Source: Podarcis vaucheri
Lineage: Eukaryota
Length of the DNA: 64,000 bases
Strand: one strand, 5' to 3'
Assembly (NCBI GenBank): GCA_965113315.1
Contig: OZ220368.1
Shown: positions 13,801 to 28,100 of the stretch, piece after piece
Numbering within the stretch: position 1 is the first letter of the stretch
Layout of the letters: each line of letters opens with the position of its first letter
Translations under genes and position numbers: made by a program
Notes under the pieces: generated by a model
The model's input: the letters and a program-made list of their open reading frames with translations, nothing else
What the model was told of the DNA's origin: nothing
The model's database searches: none

Positions 13801-14627
13801 TGCAGAGCTTTAGTATAGCAGCCCCTATATTTTTATTTTACCAGACCTTCCTAGAAGGACAATCCAGGTCATTGCTAATTTTGAAATAGGTTTTTATCAG
13901 ATTACCAATAAATTGTATTATATTGCTTTCTCTTTTTGTACATCACTTTAAGATTCAATATAAAGCAATTGAGAAAATTTCTAAATAAGTGAAATATGGC
14001 CTAGCTTTATGTGACCAAATCTCAGAGCTAATGTGATTTCCCCTCTCTTCTTTTCTGAAGTGGATGCTAAGAGATTAGAAGCTTTTGCATACATTATCAA
14101 TTAATTGCAATTTAGAATTATATCCAGGCCCTAAATTGTTGTTCATCTTAATCATGGTTTATTGAAACAATGGTTTCATAAACAATGGTTTGCGTAAACC
14201 ATGGTTAAGTCTAACCTCAATTTGCCTTGATTAGGACATAACACCAAGCTGCTGTTAGTCAAAAGAAGCAGCAGCAATACCTTCTCTGAGCAATCCCATT
14301 ATAAAAAGGTAGTGGCTGCTGCCAGCATTATATCCTGGGTTAACACACAATATTCTATGATATGATATTTTGCCTGGAAAGCTACAGTTGCACTAACGAC
14401 CAACATGGCAACGATCTGCTAATACATCTGGCTACAAGTCAGAAAGTTTAGCATGTAAAAATAAAGCAGTTTAAAAACACATTAACTGAACTTCAGTCAC
14501 ATTCAGTGGGACCTGAACATGCATATCTTTGGCTGGATCACTCTTCATAGTCAGTTTGTAGCAGTGAAAAATTAAGGCCCTGTTTTTATGTATGTAAAAA
14601 ACACTTGTTAGCATAATTTCATGGTTA

Positions 14628-14876
<249 letters not shown>

Positions 14877-15695
14877 TTATAAGTGATTGGTTTTTGGACT
14901 TAGATAAACACAGTTAAAATTTATAAATTTATTTATATATAAACTTCAATTATTTTAATATAGCTCTTTATTTTTAAAAAGAAAAAAATCCTCCCCACTC
15001 AAAAAAAAAAAAGTCTTCCCAAAATCTATACATCCCAGAGTATGTGCCTGATGTTCTAGGTACTGATTTTTATAATACATCAAGTCATATTGAGTTCTGT
15101 AGCACTTCAAATATAAAGGCAGAGCTTAAATGCAGCCAGATTTTAAAATGTCTTTTCTGCATTTTTAGTGGTCATCATTTATAAAGGAGCCAGAAGTCCT
15201 TGGTAAAAGTGACGACTATTCATTACCTTAAGAGCCTTTCTAATGAATCGAGCAATAAAAAATGTATTTGGGAGATTACAGTTGATTTAATTGACATTCT
15301 GCATAATTCTGGTTTCCACATAGGGACCAGTTTTATTTTGGGCTATAAATGGGCAATAATATAATGATGATGCTCTTGCAGCCCTTGTGCATGTCACTTT
15401 TTCGGCTCAATGGAGAAATATGATTTCTAAGTCATTTGCTTTCATGTAAACTAACATTTTCATTTTGTCCTTTCTAAGTGAAACTGGTCATTCAAATATG
15501 ACTCCAGGGCAATTTTAGGAATCTAAGATAGTGAATTCACATGCAATGGATTAAAATTATGTATAGACTGGCTCTCAGTAACCCCTACAACAATACTACA
15601 AGCAGAATTTTTGTATTAGGGAAGGTAAAGGAGGCTGAAACTAAGATACAGTGGTTTGACTACTACCTTTCCGTGAGTAACACGATATTCCTGTA

Positions 15696-16021
15696 CAGTG
15701 GTGCCCCGCAAGACGAATGCCTTGCAAGACGGAAAACTCGCTAGACGAAAGAGTTTTCCGTTTTGGAGGTGCTTCGCAAAACGAATTTCCTATGGGCTTG
15801 CTTCGCAAGACGACAATGTCTTGCGAGTTCCTGCTGGGTTTTCCCCCTCCCCCCCTTTTTCTAAGCCGCTAAGCCGCTTATAAGCTGATCCGATCAGCAG
15901 ATAAGCCGCTAAAAGCCGCTAATAGCGCTAATCCGTCAATGGGCTTGCTTCGCAAGATGAAAAAACCGCTAGACGAAGAGAATCACAGAACGGATTCTTT
16001 TCGTCTTGCGAGGCAGCACTG
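15696..16021. mobile_element. Tc1/mariner (Tigger/pogo-like) MITE
   Basis: TIRs cagtggtgccccgcaagacgaa / ttcgtcttgcgaggcagcactg, TA target duplication, internal cttcgcaagacg and aagccgct repeats, CpG-rich. Confidence 0.85.
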
Positions 16022-16492
16022 TATGCCTCTCGTATGCATCTCATATTTCTCCACACTGAACAGGAATCAACCCCTGCACACCAATTCCTCCAAAATGGGC
16101 AAGTTTATTCACTCCTCCATAATTAATGGCAGGAGACATGGGCGGCACACGGAACAATGAAATATGCATGGATACTCAAGTGACAATGATAGTAATTATA
16201 GAAGAAAATGTGGCAAAGACTCAGATATTTTCTTCTATGGTACCATGCAGTTAAATAGCCCTATGGTACAGATAACAGTTTTAAATTTTATTTGCTGTGT
16301 CTACCGAGTAGATCTATACTCTGTTACCTTCTTCATGAATAGGGCACTATCCAGGTGGTTTTCCAAGTAACTCACACAAACCTATTGAAGACAGCACTCC
16401 AAAATGCATCTGCTGGGAGTGGGATGTACATTTACCCAGCAACAATAATATTGGAATTAGAATACTGGGGAAATGTCATATGTTCACATTTA

Positions 16493-16661
16493 CCGTATTT
16501 TTTGCACCATAACACTCACTTTTTTCCTCCTAGAAAGTAAGGGGAAATGTCTGTGCGTGTTATGGAGGAAATGCCTACGGGTGGCATACCTACGGATTTT
16601 CCTCCTCTAAAAACTACGTGTGTGTTATGGTCGGGTGCGTGTTCTAGAGCGAAAAATACGG
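16493..16661. mobile_element. Tc1/mariner (Tc2-like) MITE
   Basis: TIRs ccgtatttt / aaaatacgg with TA on both sides. Confidence 0.8.
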
Positions 16662-19600
16662 TATTCCTCTATAAGCCAATGTATCTGGCATTTTTTTGAA
16701 TTTTGCTGATTTTCTTCCACTTCACCACACTGCATCACAGAAGTCCATTGGGGTTGTATGCTATCGCTCCTCTCACATTAGGGTTTATTTCTGACCAAGT
16801 ATATAGACATCCTCTCTCAACCAGCACTATTAAACTTTTATGTCTTTCTATGCCTATGCACTGCATTTGTAAACCACAAAGAACTGCTTCAATAAAAGTT
16901 TTGAAAGTCACTACGTGAACAGGAGAATAGACTGCATTAGTCTGGAAGAATGCTTAATACGTTGGGTGTATATACAACTTGGCAGTACAAAGCAATAGTT
17001 GAATGAAGATTAAACCAAAATAAAGTAGCAGCATTTTGCATTGGTGTTTCACTGACATTAGACAGATTGTAACAAAGATTTCTCTTTTTAGCAAAATGAA
17101 ACAAATCATTTCATACTAGTTGGGCTACAGGCGGGGGTGACTTGAATAAAATATTGAGGGGGGGGCAGGTAAGTAAGCCCTGCCCCGCATAATCGATCAT
17201 GTAACACGGTGCACACACAGCATTTGAATGACAATGCCCATCAATTTGGGGGGTGGCCCTATCAAATATTTTTATGGGGGGCCCAAATGGTCCTCAGCCC
17301 CTAGGAGTTGGCTCCTATGTTGCGCTATGAGTGGTATTCAACTAAGTTTTACTCATGGCAGATCTATTGAAATTAATGGACTTATCTTAGTTGTGTATAC
17401 ATTCACTTTAATTTTAATTAAGTAAAACTTATATACTCCCCTATATTTATTTTCCCCATGAAGAAATAGCTCATAATATCTGCTACAACACACCCAGTAG
17501 TGACAGAAATCCAGCTACGTATTTGGAGCCCAGATTATCATAGAAGTAGATAACTAAACCTGCATGGTCACTGAGGGTACATACCTTTTCCACCTCCAGA
17601 AAAGAGCTGTCAAGTTGCTAAACATGACTTTGTCCCAAAATACATTCACTTTGTATTTTGTCAGCCAGTAGTAGCTATTCTGTTTATATAAGTATCTTAC
17701 AGTCATCCTAAAACATCACTTCTGAATAGCTAGAACAAAAGGAAGGTGCCTTCTGCATATCTCATCTACCACATTGAGCATCTAGCTGCTCAGACATGTT
17801 CCCGTGTTAAAATCTTACCCTACTATTATTTCAGACTACATAACTGCTTCATTTCCAGACTCCGTACAACTCTCCAAACTCACCTGGGCACCATCTATTC
17901 TTTAGTTTCAAGCTGTGCTAAACCCTGCTTCTTGCTCTGATTCTGACAAGCCCATCCAACTATATCAGTTTCCTTTTCCACTCCACTTTCCTTCTGTTTC
18001 TATAAATCCAGCTCAACTACAAATTGGAACACCAGTTGCAAACTAAAGGGACTGGGCCATGACTTTGGCTAGGCCCTTTCATTTGGTAATTGTGCAGACT
18101 GTTAATTGTGACTATAAGAACTGTCTTGATCATAGGCTTCATAGCCAAGTGCAACATATCCAAGCCACATCCTGAGAATAGTTTGGTTTCTATTTGTATG
18201 TGTTCAAACAGCAAATGCTAAAACAACACTTCCTCTACCCACACTGTTGAATGGTAATAAGCCTTGCAGTATTTCTTCTTTTTTCCTTTTCCTTTTCCTG
18301 GAACTGAATTGAGTATGTTCTACAGTCCTCATCATATGTTACCAAATAATAATTTCTTCTACTGAGAAACTGTAATTTTCATTACTAGATGAAATGTTTA
18401 TCACTGCCACACTCAGAACTCAGAGTTGTAGTCATCTAAGTTCTACTTAGAGTACAATTGCTGAAATTAATGGACACAAGTTAGTCGTGCTTATTAAATT
18501 CACTATGTCTACTTCAAGTTGGACTAGCACTCGCTACAACCCTAAAATCCCACAAATTATCACCCCATGTTTGCATGTTGCAGCTTAAAGATCTGTCAGA
18601 AGAATATTGATACACATGAAACGATGTGTCCAAAGATGTTGCATTAATCAGGAGAAAAATCATAAAATTGTAATGCCTTTAAGCCATTGTGTAACATGTG
18701 CCGTTCTCACTTTAACCACCCCCCCCCCCGCTTTCCTAGTTTTTCACTACCTCTATATACAAGTATGGTGAGAAAGACAGGGTGGGTGCAGTTAATATAT
18801 TTTTGTGATTTGTCAATTGTTCCACAACAGAAGAATCCTATGATTTATTGCACAATTTTTTATCATCATAAAAAATAATTCACAGTAAGTGGCTTACGGT
18901 ACCAGGGTATGCTGGTCATAAGTCATTAAAAATAATTACCAAGGATACCCTAACAATAAAGCTCAATATTGTAAGAAGGGGGTAGTGATGTCAAATAATA
19001 AAATATGTGTTGGAATGTATCTAAATTAAAATGTAAAGATTTGTAAACGGTAAAACTGGAGCATTATCATTACAAAGTAACCTTAAAAGGTTGCTCTGAA
19101 TCTGTTTCTCTCTAAATAAAGAATTAACTTTCACTCTGATATACTTAACATAAACAGTTCTATACTAACATTTTGTCGACTTCTCTGATTTCCTACTGTA
19201 ACTCTGCATAACACAGTGTAAGAATTCTATTAATATGAATTCCTTGAACTGGCCTAATATGCTCAGACTCCAGGGCTGACTAATTTGGTGCCAAGTTTGC
19301 TTTGCAACAATGCTGCAGGATGATGTCTGTTTAGTCAAGTACTGTTTACACTCACTGACAGCCGCTCTGCAGGGTTTCAGGTAGGGGACATTCCCGGCCC
19401 TACCTGGGACCTTCGGCATGTGAAGCAGATGCTCTGCTACTGCTGGTCAATTTCCAGGCTTCTGTAATATTACACAGTGCACCTCCCTTTACTGAGACCC
19501 TCCCACCATAAAGACTAGGAAGGATTTGATGCTCTCTCTCACACACATGCACAGACATTTTTGGTCTATGTAAGCTGCAAGCCACCTAGCACAAGAAGAA

Positions 19601-19957
19601 GATAGCACAGTGTAGCCTATATTTTACAAAATATTGCAGTATGTCAGAAATGATGCAGCAGCAACAGCTGGAATTCCCAACAGCTATATTTGTGCTACTA
19701 ACAAAAAGTGACAATCGCTTGTCCTTGGTATCCTGTTAAACGGGACATGAAGTGAACAGCTGCATATGAACTTTCAGGAAGTGACATTTACAAGGAAAGC
19801 TATTACCAGTTCAAACATTTATGAAACCTCTCCACCTGCTAAAGGCATCATTATTGACTAGAGATGCTGAAGCACTGGAGAACATGCAGGGCACTATAGC
19901 TCTAGATGTACCTGCAGCATGCACCTGTAACGTGTGACTGAGGATAATAGGCTAAGT

Positions 19958-20319
19958 AAAAGGTAAAAAGGTAAAGGAACCCTGGATGGTTAAGTCTAGT
20001 CAAAGGCGACTATGGGGTGTGGCACTCATGTTCGCTTTTCAGGCCAGGAGAGCTGGCGTTTGTCCACAGACAGCTTTCTGGGTCACGTGGCCAGCATGAC
20101 TAAACTGCTTCTGGTGCAACAGGACACCGTGTTGAGTGCCAGAGTGCAGGGAAACACCGTTTACCATCCTGCCGCAGTGGTACCTATTTATCTACTCGCA
20201 TTGGTATGCTTTCAAACTGCTAGGTTGGCAGAAGCTGGGACAGAGCAACGGGAGCTCACCCCGTCACACTGATTCGAACCACCGACCTTCCGATTGGCAA
20301 GCCCAAGAGGCTCAGTGGT
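19958..20319 (-). mobile_element. Sauria-type SINE, 5' end eroded
   Basis: (ACCTTT)n-like tail, body similar to 36063-36426, B box remnant gattcgaacc near 20271. Confidence 0.85.
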
Positions 20320-21840
20320 AAAACATTTCAGTTCAATCTTATGCTTCCTCTTTGGTAACCAGTGTAACCATAATACTGACATTTATGGAAACATTAATAA
20401 ATTTTATTGTTTAAATATTGCAGCATGTTTTTATTCAGTAATTTTGCATCATAGGAAACAGGGATGTTTGTCCCTCCAACCTAACTTCCACCCAGCAAAT
20501 GCTCAGAAAGCCACACCCATAATTTTAAACCAGTTTTGATGAAAGAGGGAGAGAAAGTAACAGAAGCAGCATTTTCTGGAAATACCCCTCACTATTTGAC
20601 TCCAGTGTACCAACCCTCTGCCTTTTGCCTTCACTGGAACTGTATCTGCCATCACAACCAGTCATAGAAAATGCCACCCTGCCTCTTCCTCTGCAGCCTA
20701 ATCTCCTCCTCTACTGTACATCTGCTTGGTGGAAGATGGGGAGATTAAAGGAAGCTGGACAGGAGTGGCTGCCAGGAAGCAGAGGTAGGGGCAAGCAATG
20801 TGTTCTGGAGACATCTTCATGGTTTCAGTCCATTTCTGATACCCAAACCCCTGAATCATGACTCCTGAACTCCATATCTGCTGCTGAGCCTGTACTGTCA
20901 CTTGCCCTGAACAAATATCCCTTTCTGACTTACACCTAAGAGCCTCTTTCTGCATGTGTTAGGTGGGAATCAGGACACCTTCCCCACATGGCAGTGCTTG
21001 TCTTTCAAAACCTCCTAACATACCAAAACAAGTGAGGTTTCCTCAATCTCTGTTTCCCCAACTTCTCAACCAGAACACTCCTTTCAGCTGTCTTCTTTTC
21101 TACTATTCAAAGGTGGTTCCCCTTGGTTCCAAAAAGCTGGAAACTGCAAATTTCAGTCTATACACACTTTGGCAACAGTGCTCTTTATTTAAATTGGTTG
21201 GGAAGGAGGTGATAGGGCAAGAGAATGGCCTACCAAGGACTCCTATGTAATATCCCAGTCCTTAAGATTATTTAGTCATTGTGTGGAGTGTGGTGGTGAT
21301 GAGGGCCAGAGACTGCCTTTGGGGCTTTCAAACGTCAGATCAGGTCCCTGTTTAACACTATGGTTACTTCATACACATTTGTAATCCTTATAAGTACTCT
21401 GTACGGAAGGCCAGTATTTTACCTTTCCAATACTGCAGACAGAGCTTCAAACTGACAGCCAAAGTTGATGTGACAGATGGATGCAGTGTGTTTAAACCCA
21501 AATCTATCCTGGTTACATAGAAAGAAAATGATGGAGGGATCTAATGCCAACAGGAATATGGATGCACAGGTGAGGAGTACATGCACACCTCCATTTGCCC
21601 CCTCTCATGAAGCATCTTTTATCCAAGGTCAGTTCTACAGTCAGAACCTCAATGAGGACAGGTGTGCAGATGATATAAAATATTCAGTGTTGTTGGTTCC
21701 CCCCTCCCAAAAAGAGATATTGTGAGGAGCTCCACAATGATCTCTCCAAAGTGAGTGAATGAGCAATAAAATGGCAAATGCGATGCAACGTAACCAAGTG
21801 CATAAAATTATACATGGCATGAAGAAAGTGGATACAGAAA

Positions 21841-21845
<5 letters not shown>

Positions 21846-21887
<42 letters not shown>
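21846..21887. repeat. (CT)n microsatellite
   Basis: Pure TC run of about 21 units. Confidence 0.95.
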
Positions 21888-21892
<5 letters not shown>

Positions 21893-21959
21893 AGCCAAAG
21901 AACCTGAATGCTGGAAGATTCAGGACAGACTGAAAAAAGTACTGAGCGGTGAATAGCTA

Positions 21960-22180
21960 AACTATGCGACCCGCTCACATGGGAGGCAGTGATGGTCACC
22001 AACTTGGATGGCTTTAAATGTGTTAGGCAAATGAATGGAGGACAAGGCCATCAACGGCTACTAGCCATTATGACTATTGTCCTACCTCCACTGTCAGAAG
22101 CAGTGTTCCTGCGAATGCTAATTGCTGGTGGGCAGAGTGCTGTTGTGCTCATGTCTTGCTTGCAGGTTTCCACAGGCACA
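21960..22180 (+). mobile_element. Decayed CR1-like LINE 3' fragment
   Basis: gtgatggtcaccaacttggatggctttaaa...atggaggacaaggccatcaacggctactag resembles a CR1 3' end; identified from recall only. Confidence 0.5.
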
Positions 22181-25100
22181 TGAAGATATACAGGTCAAAT
22201 TTCAGACCCCCATTGGAAATAACCCTGTTGTCAGGCCTTCCTTCTATTGTATTATATTCCAGTATTCAATAACTATGGGAGCTGCATGGGATAGAATGGA
22301 AGCATGAGCAATTCCCATGTTATGATGACAGAATAATTCCCTGGGATGCTTTGTTTTATTGGTTTTAGAGGTACAAGATAAAAGCAATGCAGAGAAATAT
22401 ATCTAAGTTTATTAACAAATTCATTAAAACATGAATTCCTCTTTCTAAAAATAGCAACAGCTAAGTCACAATGAAGCATGAGAATGTACCATCAGCTCCT
22501 TTTTTTATAAAAAAGACCTAATTAGCCTCATTACAATTGAAAAGTATTTGTTAAAAGGCATTAAAGTGGAAACATTGTTGTAGTTCGTTTCCTTAGATAC
22601 TTCCTTTTCAATCTTTTTGAGATGCTTTAGCTCACTGTGATCTGCAACCTCTCTCATAACATTAAAGCAAAGCAAGTGCCAGTTCAAATTATGTAAGATG
22701 TATCCCACCCTTTCTACCCTGAAAGTACTTGTTTTCAAAAATGACCGTATTAGAGTACTAATTGGCTAAGCCACCATGCTGGCTGATGTGAAATGCTTTG
22801 AAACGCTCTGCAACAGCTGTGTTGATCAGAAATAAGAAGAGTGACTTTTTAATAAGGAAAGCTGGCAAAAGGCCAGGAGTTTTGAAGGGAACTTGAACTT
22901 CCATATATATAATGCAATTCAAGAGGTGCAGAACAGAAGTATGAACCAACAGCTTGAAAAAATCAAAGCTTTTGGGCACAATCCAGCTCCATTAATCAAT
23001 GGTAGTTTTGCCACCGACTGATATGGGAGGTGGATCACAACTGGCTTCCCGACTCTTCCTACATTCTACCAATCTAAGATTAAAAGAAGCACCAAGTAAC
23101 AACAAGGCACCTCTGAAGAACTGAGGTTTTAAAGATTGTTCTAGCTTATTCTTATTCAAATGTGCTTAAATAAAATGTTTACATCTAACTCTTTCAGCAG
23201 TCCTAAAAAGCCCTGCAGCCTTACACTTTCTGTTCATTGAATGTAACTTTATATACACATAATTCAGATGAGCAACTAGCGGTAAATAAAAGGCATAGGG
23301 TATGCTACTATTTTCTGATTTATGTGGAAACCGACCTAAATGAAGACTGTGCACAGAATGATGTTAGGATCTTATTCATTTATTTATTTCATTACATTTC
23401 TATCCCACTTTCCTCAGGAGCTCTCAGTGTGGCATACCCGTATTTCCTCCACCCCATTTTATACTCACAACAACCTTGTGAAAAGGGTTAGGCTGAAAGA
23501 GAAGGACTAGCTGGTTAACTCACGTTTTCTGAGGGTGTGTGCTTTGGGGATAAGCATCTCTCTCTCTGCCAGGACTTCCTCAGTCAGTCCATTTCTCCTC
23601 TACATGTCTATCTCTGTCATAACCTTGCTAAACTGCTCTCTTAACCCTAAACGACATGCAAATGAGGATGGCCTAATTCTCCCCACAGAGGCAGAAGCTT
23701 GTGCAAACAGTCTGTCTCTCCAGACTTTTAACTCTCCTCCCATTCCCAGGTTTTTCTCCATGCAACCATGTTTAAATGAGGGAGGAGGCCTGTGTGGGCT
23801 AGGATTTGGAGGCTGGTGCCCTCTTGTGCCTAGCATGCACTCCTTTAGATAGAAGGGGCAGCAGGGAACAGCAGAGGTTGACTTCTAAAGGGAAGCCGAA
23901 GATCTAACTAAGGAGCTGGTATTACTGAAGCAAAGAGGTCTGCTAAGATGAGAGCAAAGTTCTATGGTAGCCTTCAACAAAGAACTTTTGCCAAGTGATA
24001 ATTGTTTCTTCAGCTTTAAAGAAACCAGCTACTTTGGGCCCAGGTTGAAGATGATCAGACAATTTTCACTCAGTGGGGCACTCACTGGGCAACCTTTGAC
24101 TATCTGTCAGCCAAATCCAACCCACAGAGGCTAGAGTAGTTGTGTAGGCAAGAACCATTAATGCCACCCAGAGCTTCTGGAGGAAGGATGGGATAAAAAT
24201 GTAACAAACTCTGCTGAAAAGATGGAAACTGCTATGCATTGCCAAATGAATTGTTCAGATATTTGGGTGAGCTCAATGGACTCCTGACTACCTCTTGAAT
24301 AAAGAACATGATAGATTAAGGCCTGCTGCTGCTGCAATTGTTTGTTTAGCAAAATTCTACTCTTTCTACTTATAGCTGTCACGAGGAACCTGTGGCTTCC
24401 CATATGTTCCTGGTCTCCAACTCCCATTAGCCCTAACCAGCATGACTAATGTTCAGGGACGACGGGTGTCACCATCAAAAAGATCAGGTTCGTTATGCCT
24501 GATGTACTGAATACAGAAATATTTGTGTAGACCCCCAGAATTCAATGGGACCTAAGTTAGTCATGGCTTGTTTTCAATGAGTCTGCACTAAGCATGACTA
24601 AGTCTAAATCCAACCAAATATCTTATGTACTGTAGGCTCGTATTCAGACTGTCTGTACTGGGTTTCATTAGTCGCTTCAACGAAAAAAATTCAAAAAATA
24701 ATTTCTTTCACACTTGAATGCAGTGTATTAAATAAAAACTTGTAAAATAATGTCATATTTTGTTTGTGCAATGATAGAATTCTGCTTTGATACTAAAATG
24801 GGTATATTAGTGGAACCAATGAATCCAGAGTGATAGATTGCTGCTAAGTTATTAGGACTCCTAGTCCCATTTTGAGTATCAGTGTTTCTCCTCACTTCCA
24901 TTCTGCAGATGGTAAGCTGATACTACATAAACATTGTTAAAGCTATAGTTGCATGGTACAGTAATTCACTTAACTTTAATGTGATTTATGGTTCTGTCAA
25001 TACGAGAGGTTGGAAATCCTGAGCTCTGGTGCTTAAACATGGGTTCTGGATTTAAATATAATAATGGACTTTGGTGTGTGAATGTCTGAGCAGGATGGAA

Positions 25101-28100
25101 AATTTAGCATAAAAGGAAATTTAGCATAAAATACTACAGTTCAATACTCTGTTCAAAGCATACAGTTTAACTCCATGGACAGATCAAAGAAAAGCAACGA
25201 AACTGAATATGTAATCAGCAAAAGAGCAGGCTAAATACTGTGGTCTAAGAGTATTCAATTTTTATGTTATTATTTTAGATATGCATGAAATCCTATTACT
25301 GTGTTCAAAAAAAAATGCCTCCCCGCTCTTCCTGCCCTCCCCACTTCCCTTATATAGGCGGAATCGAGTCTCTTTTGTCAGGGTAACTTTAAATCTAGGT
25401 CCAATTTGTTAATCACCCCCATTCTTCTCCCTGCCACTTTCCTCTCAGGGCATTTTTGCCTCTTTAAAAGATTAAGGGACCAAGTCATCTTGTTGCTCTA
25501 ACATGTCCTCAGTGGAACAACATATTAACACAATTCCTCACTAAAAAGGCCATCTCTAGAAGTTTGCTGCAGGGATGACAAATTAACCCAGCATGGTGTC
25601 CCACACATCTATCTTTGCGCAAATTATTAGTGTAATAGAGCTTTTAGTTATGCATTTATCTAGCATTTTATTGAATGGTTGCATATAATGAAGCTAAGCA
25701 ATCAGGATCCTTTACGAGGCAATCTCAGTGGGTGGCCTTATAGTTAATTTAGGGTAGTAGTCCTCTAAGCTGTTCACTCACATACAAATCAGTTAAATAA
25801 GCTACTCATCTAAATATTTCCTATGTCACAGGGCAACTCTTTAAAATCCAATAAAGGTAGAGTTTTAATTACACGGTTCTTGACTTTTATTTAGGTCTAG
25901 GTTTAACTATTTGCCAGCGTCTTGCTTGCAGAGTGGAATCTAAGAGCACAAATACTGTAAGTCAGAACAGGGAAGAGTTTCTAATCAAATCCTATAGCAA
26001 TATCTTCCCCAGCAGCTGTCATAATATTTAATTCAGTAGTCTTCAAACTTTTCACATCTGAGACACAGTTAAACATAAGTTATGTCCTGGGAACTCCAGG
26101 TTTGAGGGGGGACACTAGAAAAGTGGGTCCCCTCCTACGTTGGTGGAACTCCTGTCCCTATCCCATGAGCAGGTAGCAGTTACATCCCACAAGGCACTGG
26201 GGTAATGCTTCTTCAGGCATTCTGGGGAATTGTGGGAAATTTAAGATAGGGAGCTGACAGAGGGGGCACCTGTACTGAGGTTGCCCAGCAGCTACTTGAG
26301 TGTGGGTGCTGGTGGTGAGCTCAATACCCATTTATATCAGGGGCTTTGCACAGTGTTTTTCTTTGTCAGTTTCTCACCCTCTCTCCCTACAATTGCCTCT
26401 TATCTTCAAAAAACAAGCGAAGAGAAGAAAAAATAATGTTGATGGCTCAATTTAGGTTGAGCCTCAGGGCGCCACCAGTCGAAGACAATAGTAGATGGAG
26501 CAACCACATATGGTAACCATGCACTGTTTACTCTCCAATGACATTTTATTTGTTGATGGTTCTGAAAGTGGTAGGCACAGTTTCAGCTGGGCATGTGCTG
26601 ATGATACACTATGGATATGGATGACAATTTAGGAGAACAGCATCAACTGTAGCTCATCAATTTTTAAAAAGTCAACAATATACTGCAAATTCATTTAGTC
26701 CTTCAGCTTCCCACAGTCCAACTGAAGGCAACTTATTTTTTGCCACCTGAAAGCACAAGATGCCAACAGGTCTATGACAGCAGATTCTGCAACAAGCTGC
26801 TTCCTAGAGCTCTGACAAGATAACCACACGTTTACTAAGGTGGCCACATGCAATGCCAAAAAAGAGGAAAGGCATCTCCCCAAAAAACTGTTTACCATTC
26901 ACAGCAAGATTTTTGTGCTCATCTGAGAGTCCACAGAGTGGCAAGGCAAAGCCCAAACAAGATGTAAGACAAGGCAAGGTGGGACAAGGTTCAGATATGA
27001 ATACAAGGCAGAGTTCAGGATGTGCTGTGGGTAATATAATGCTCAGAAGTTCCTCCAGCAAGAAACAGGGCTTAAACGGAATCCTTATATAGCAGTAGCA
27101 GCAGGAAGTGCAGCCCAATTGTCAGCCCCACTTGTGCTGCAAGATGCTGCTTTCCTTAAGGGAACCAGGCTTCTCCGGTAATCTCCTACAGCAATGGAGA
27201 AGGGAATCTTCAAGTTTTCCTGGGTCTTCTGCAGTGGAGTCCTTCTCAGAGGAGAGCAGTGTCACATCTTCACACCAGGCGCAACTGGCCCTACAGGTTC
27301 ATCTGAGAGCTCTGCCTGTAGTTGAGGAATCTGACTCCAGGGCCATGATACTGAATATGATTAGAAACCCACTTCATATTTTGGTGCAATGTGCACAAAG
27401 ACTCAAAGGATGACCTTCATATTGGGAAATGTTTTTTGGGGGGTGATTTTGGTTTGTGCCCCCAAGCCCATCTTCCTTTTAACATCTCAGATATTCAGAG
27501 CCAGTGAGAATTCAGATCTCAATACCCAGGCAGGAGAAAGTGGCCTGGCCCCAGCTCACAGACATCAGGGATCAAAGAGAATGCAATTCTGGTTCCTGAT
27601 GTCAGTGATTTCAACCAGCTAAAGTTATTAGTGGAAGAAGTCAGCAGGACAGAATAAGATTTTTCAGGGCACTGGATGTTACATCCAGGAATGTTTCAAA
27701 TCAGCACCTTTCTCTTTAAAGATTTATTATTGGGAGGAAAATGGCATCTGGTGGAATTTGGTGCAGCTAAGCTATTGCTGCTGGTATCTCTGAGTTCCCT
27801 GAATGAACCCTGTGAGTTAGAATAAGCTGAAAGATAGTGACTGCCTCGCAATGATACAGTAAGCTTCATAGTTGAGTGAAGAAGGCACAAGACTAAATGC
27901 GCCCCCCTCAAGAGGAACATAAAAGGGTTAAAATGCATGAGAAGAGCTTTAGTCAATGAAAGGCTCCAGCTCTGTTGGACTAGTGCTTATATTTCTGCTG
28001 GAAATTAGAGATTCACACAAGCTAGAAGTACAGAGGTCTGTTTGAAACTATCTACCTCCTGCATGTGTGAAAGGATTGACATTTTGCTGTTGGAGCAGAA

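Noticed and set aside
15860-15935. Short repeated aagccgct units that could suggest an array
   Set aside because: Internal tandem repeats of a MITE. No CRISPR-like repeat-spacer structure, and the context is eukaryotic.
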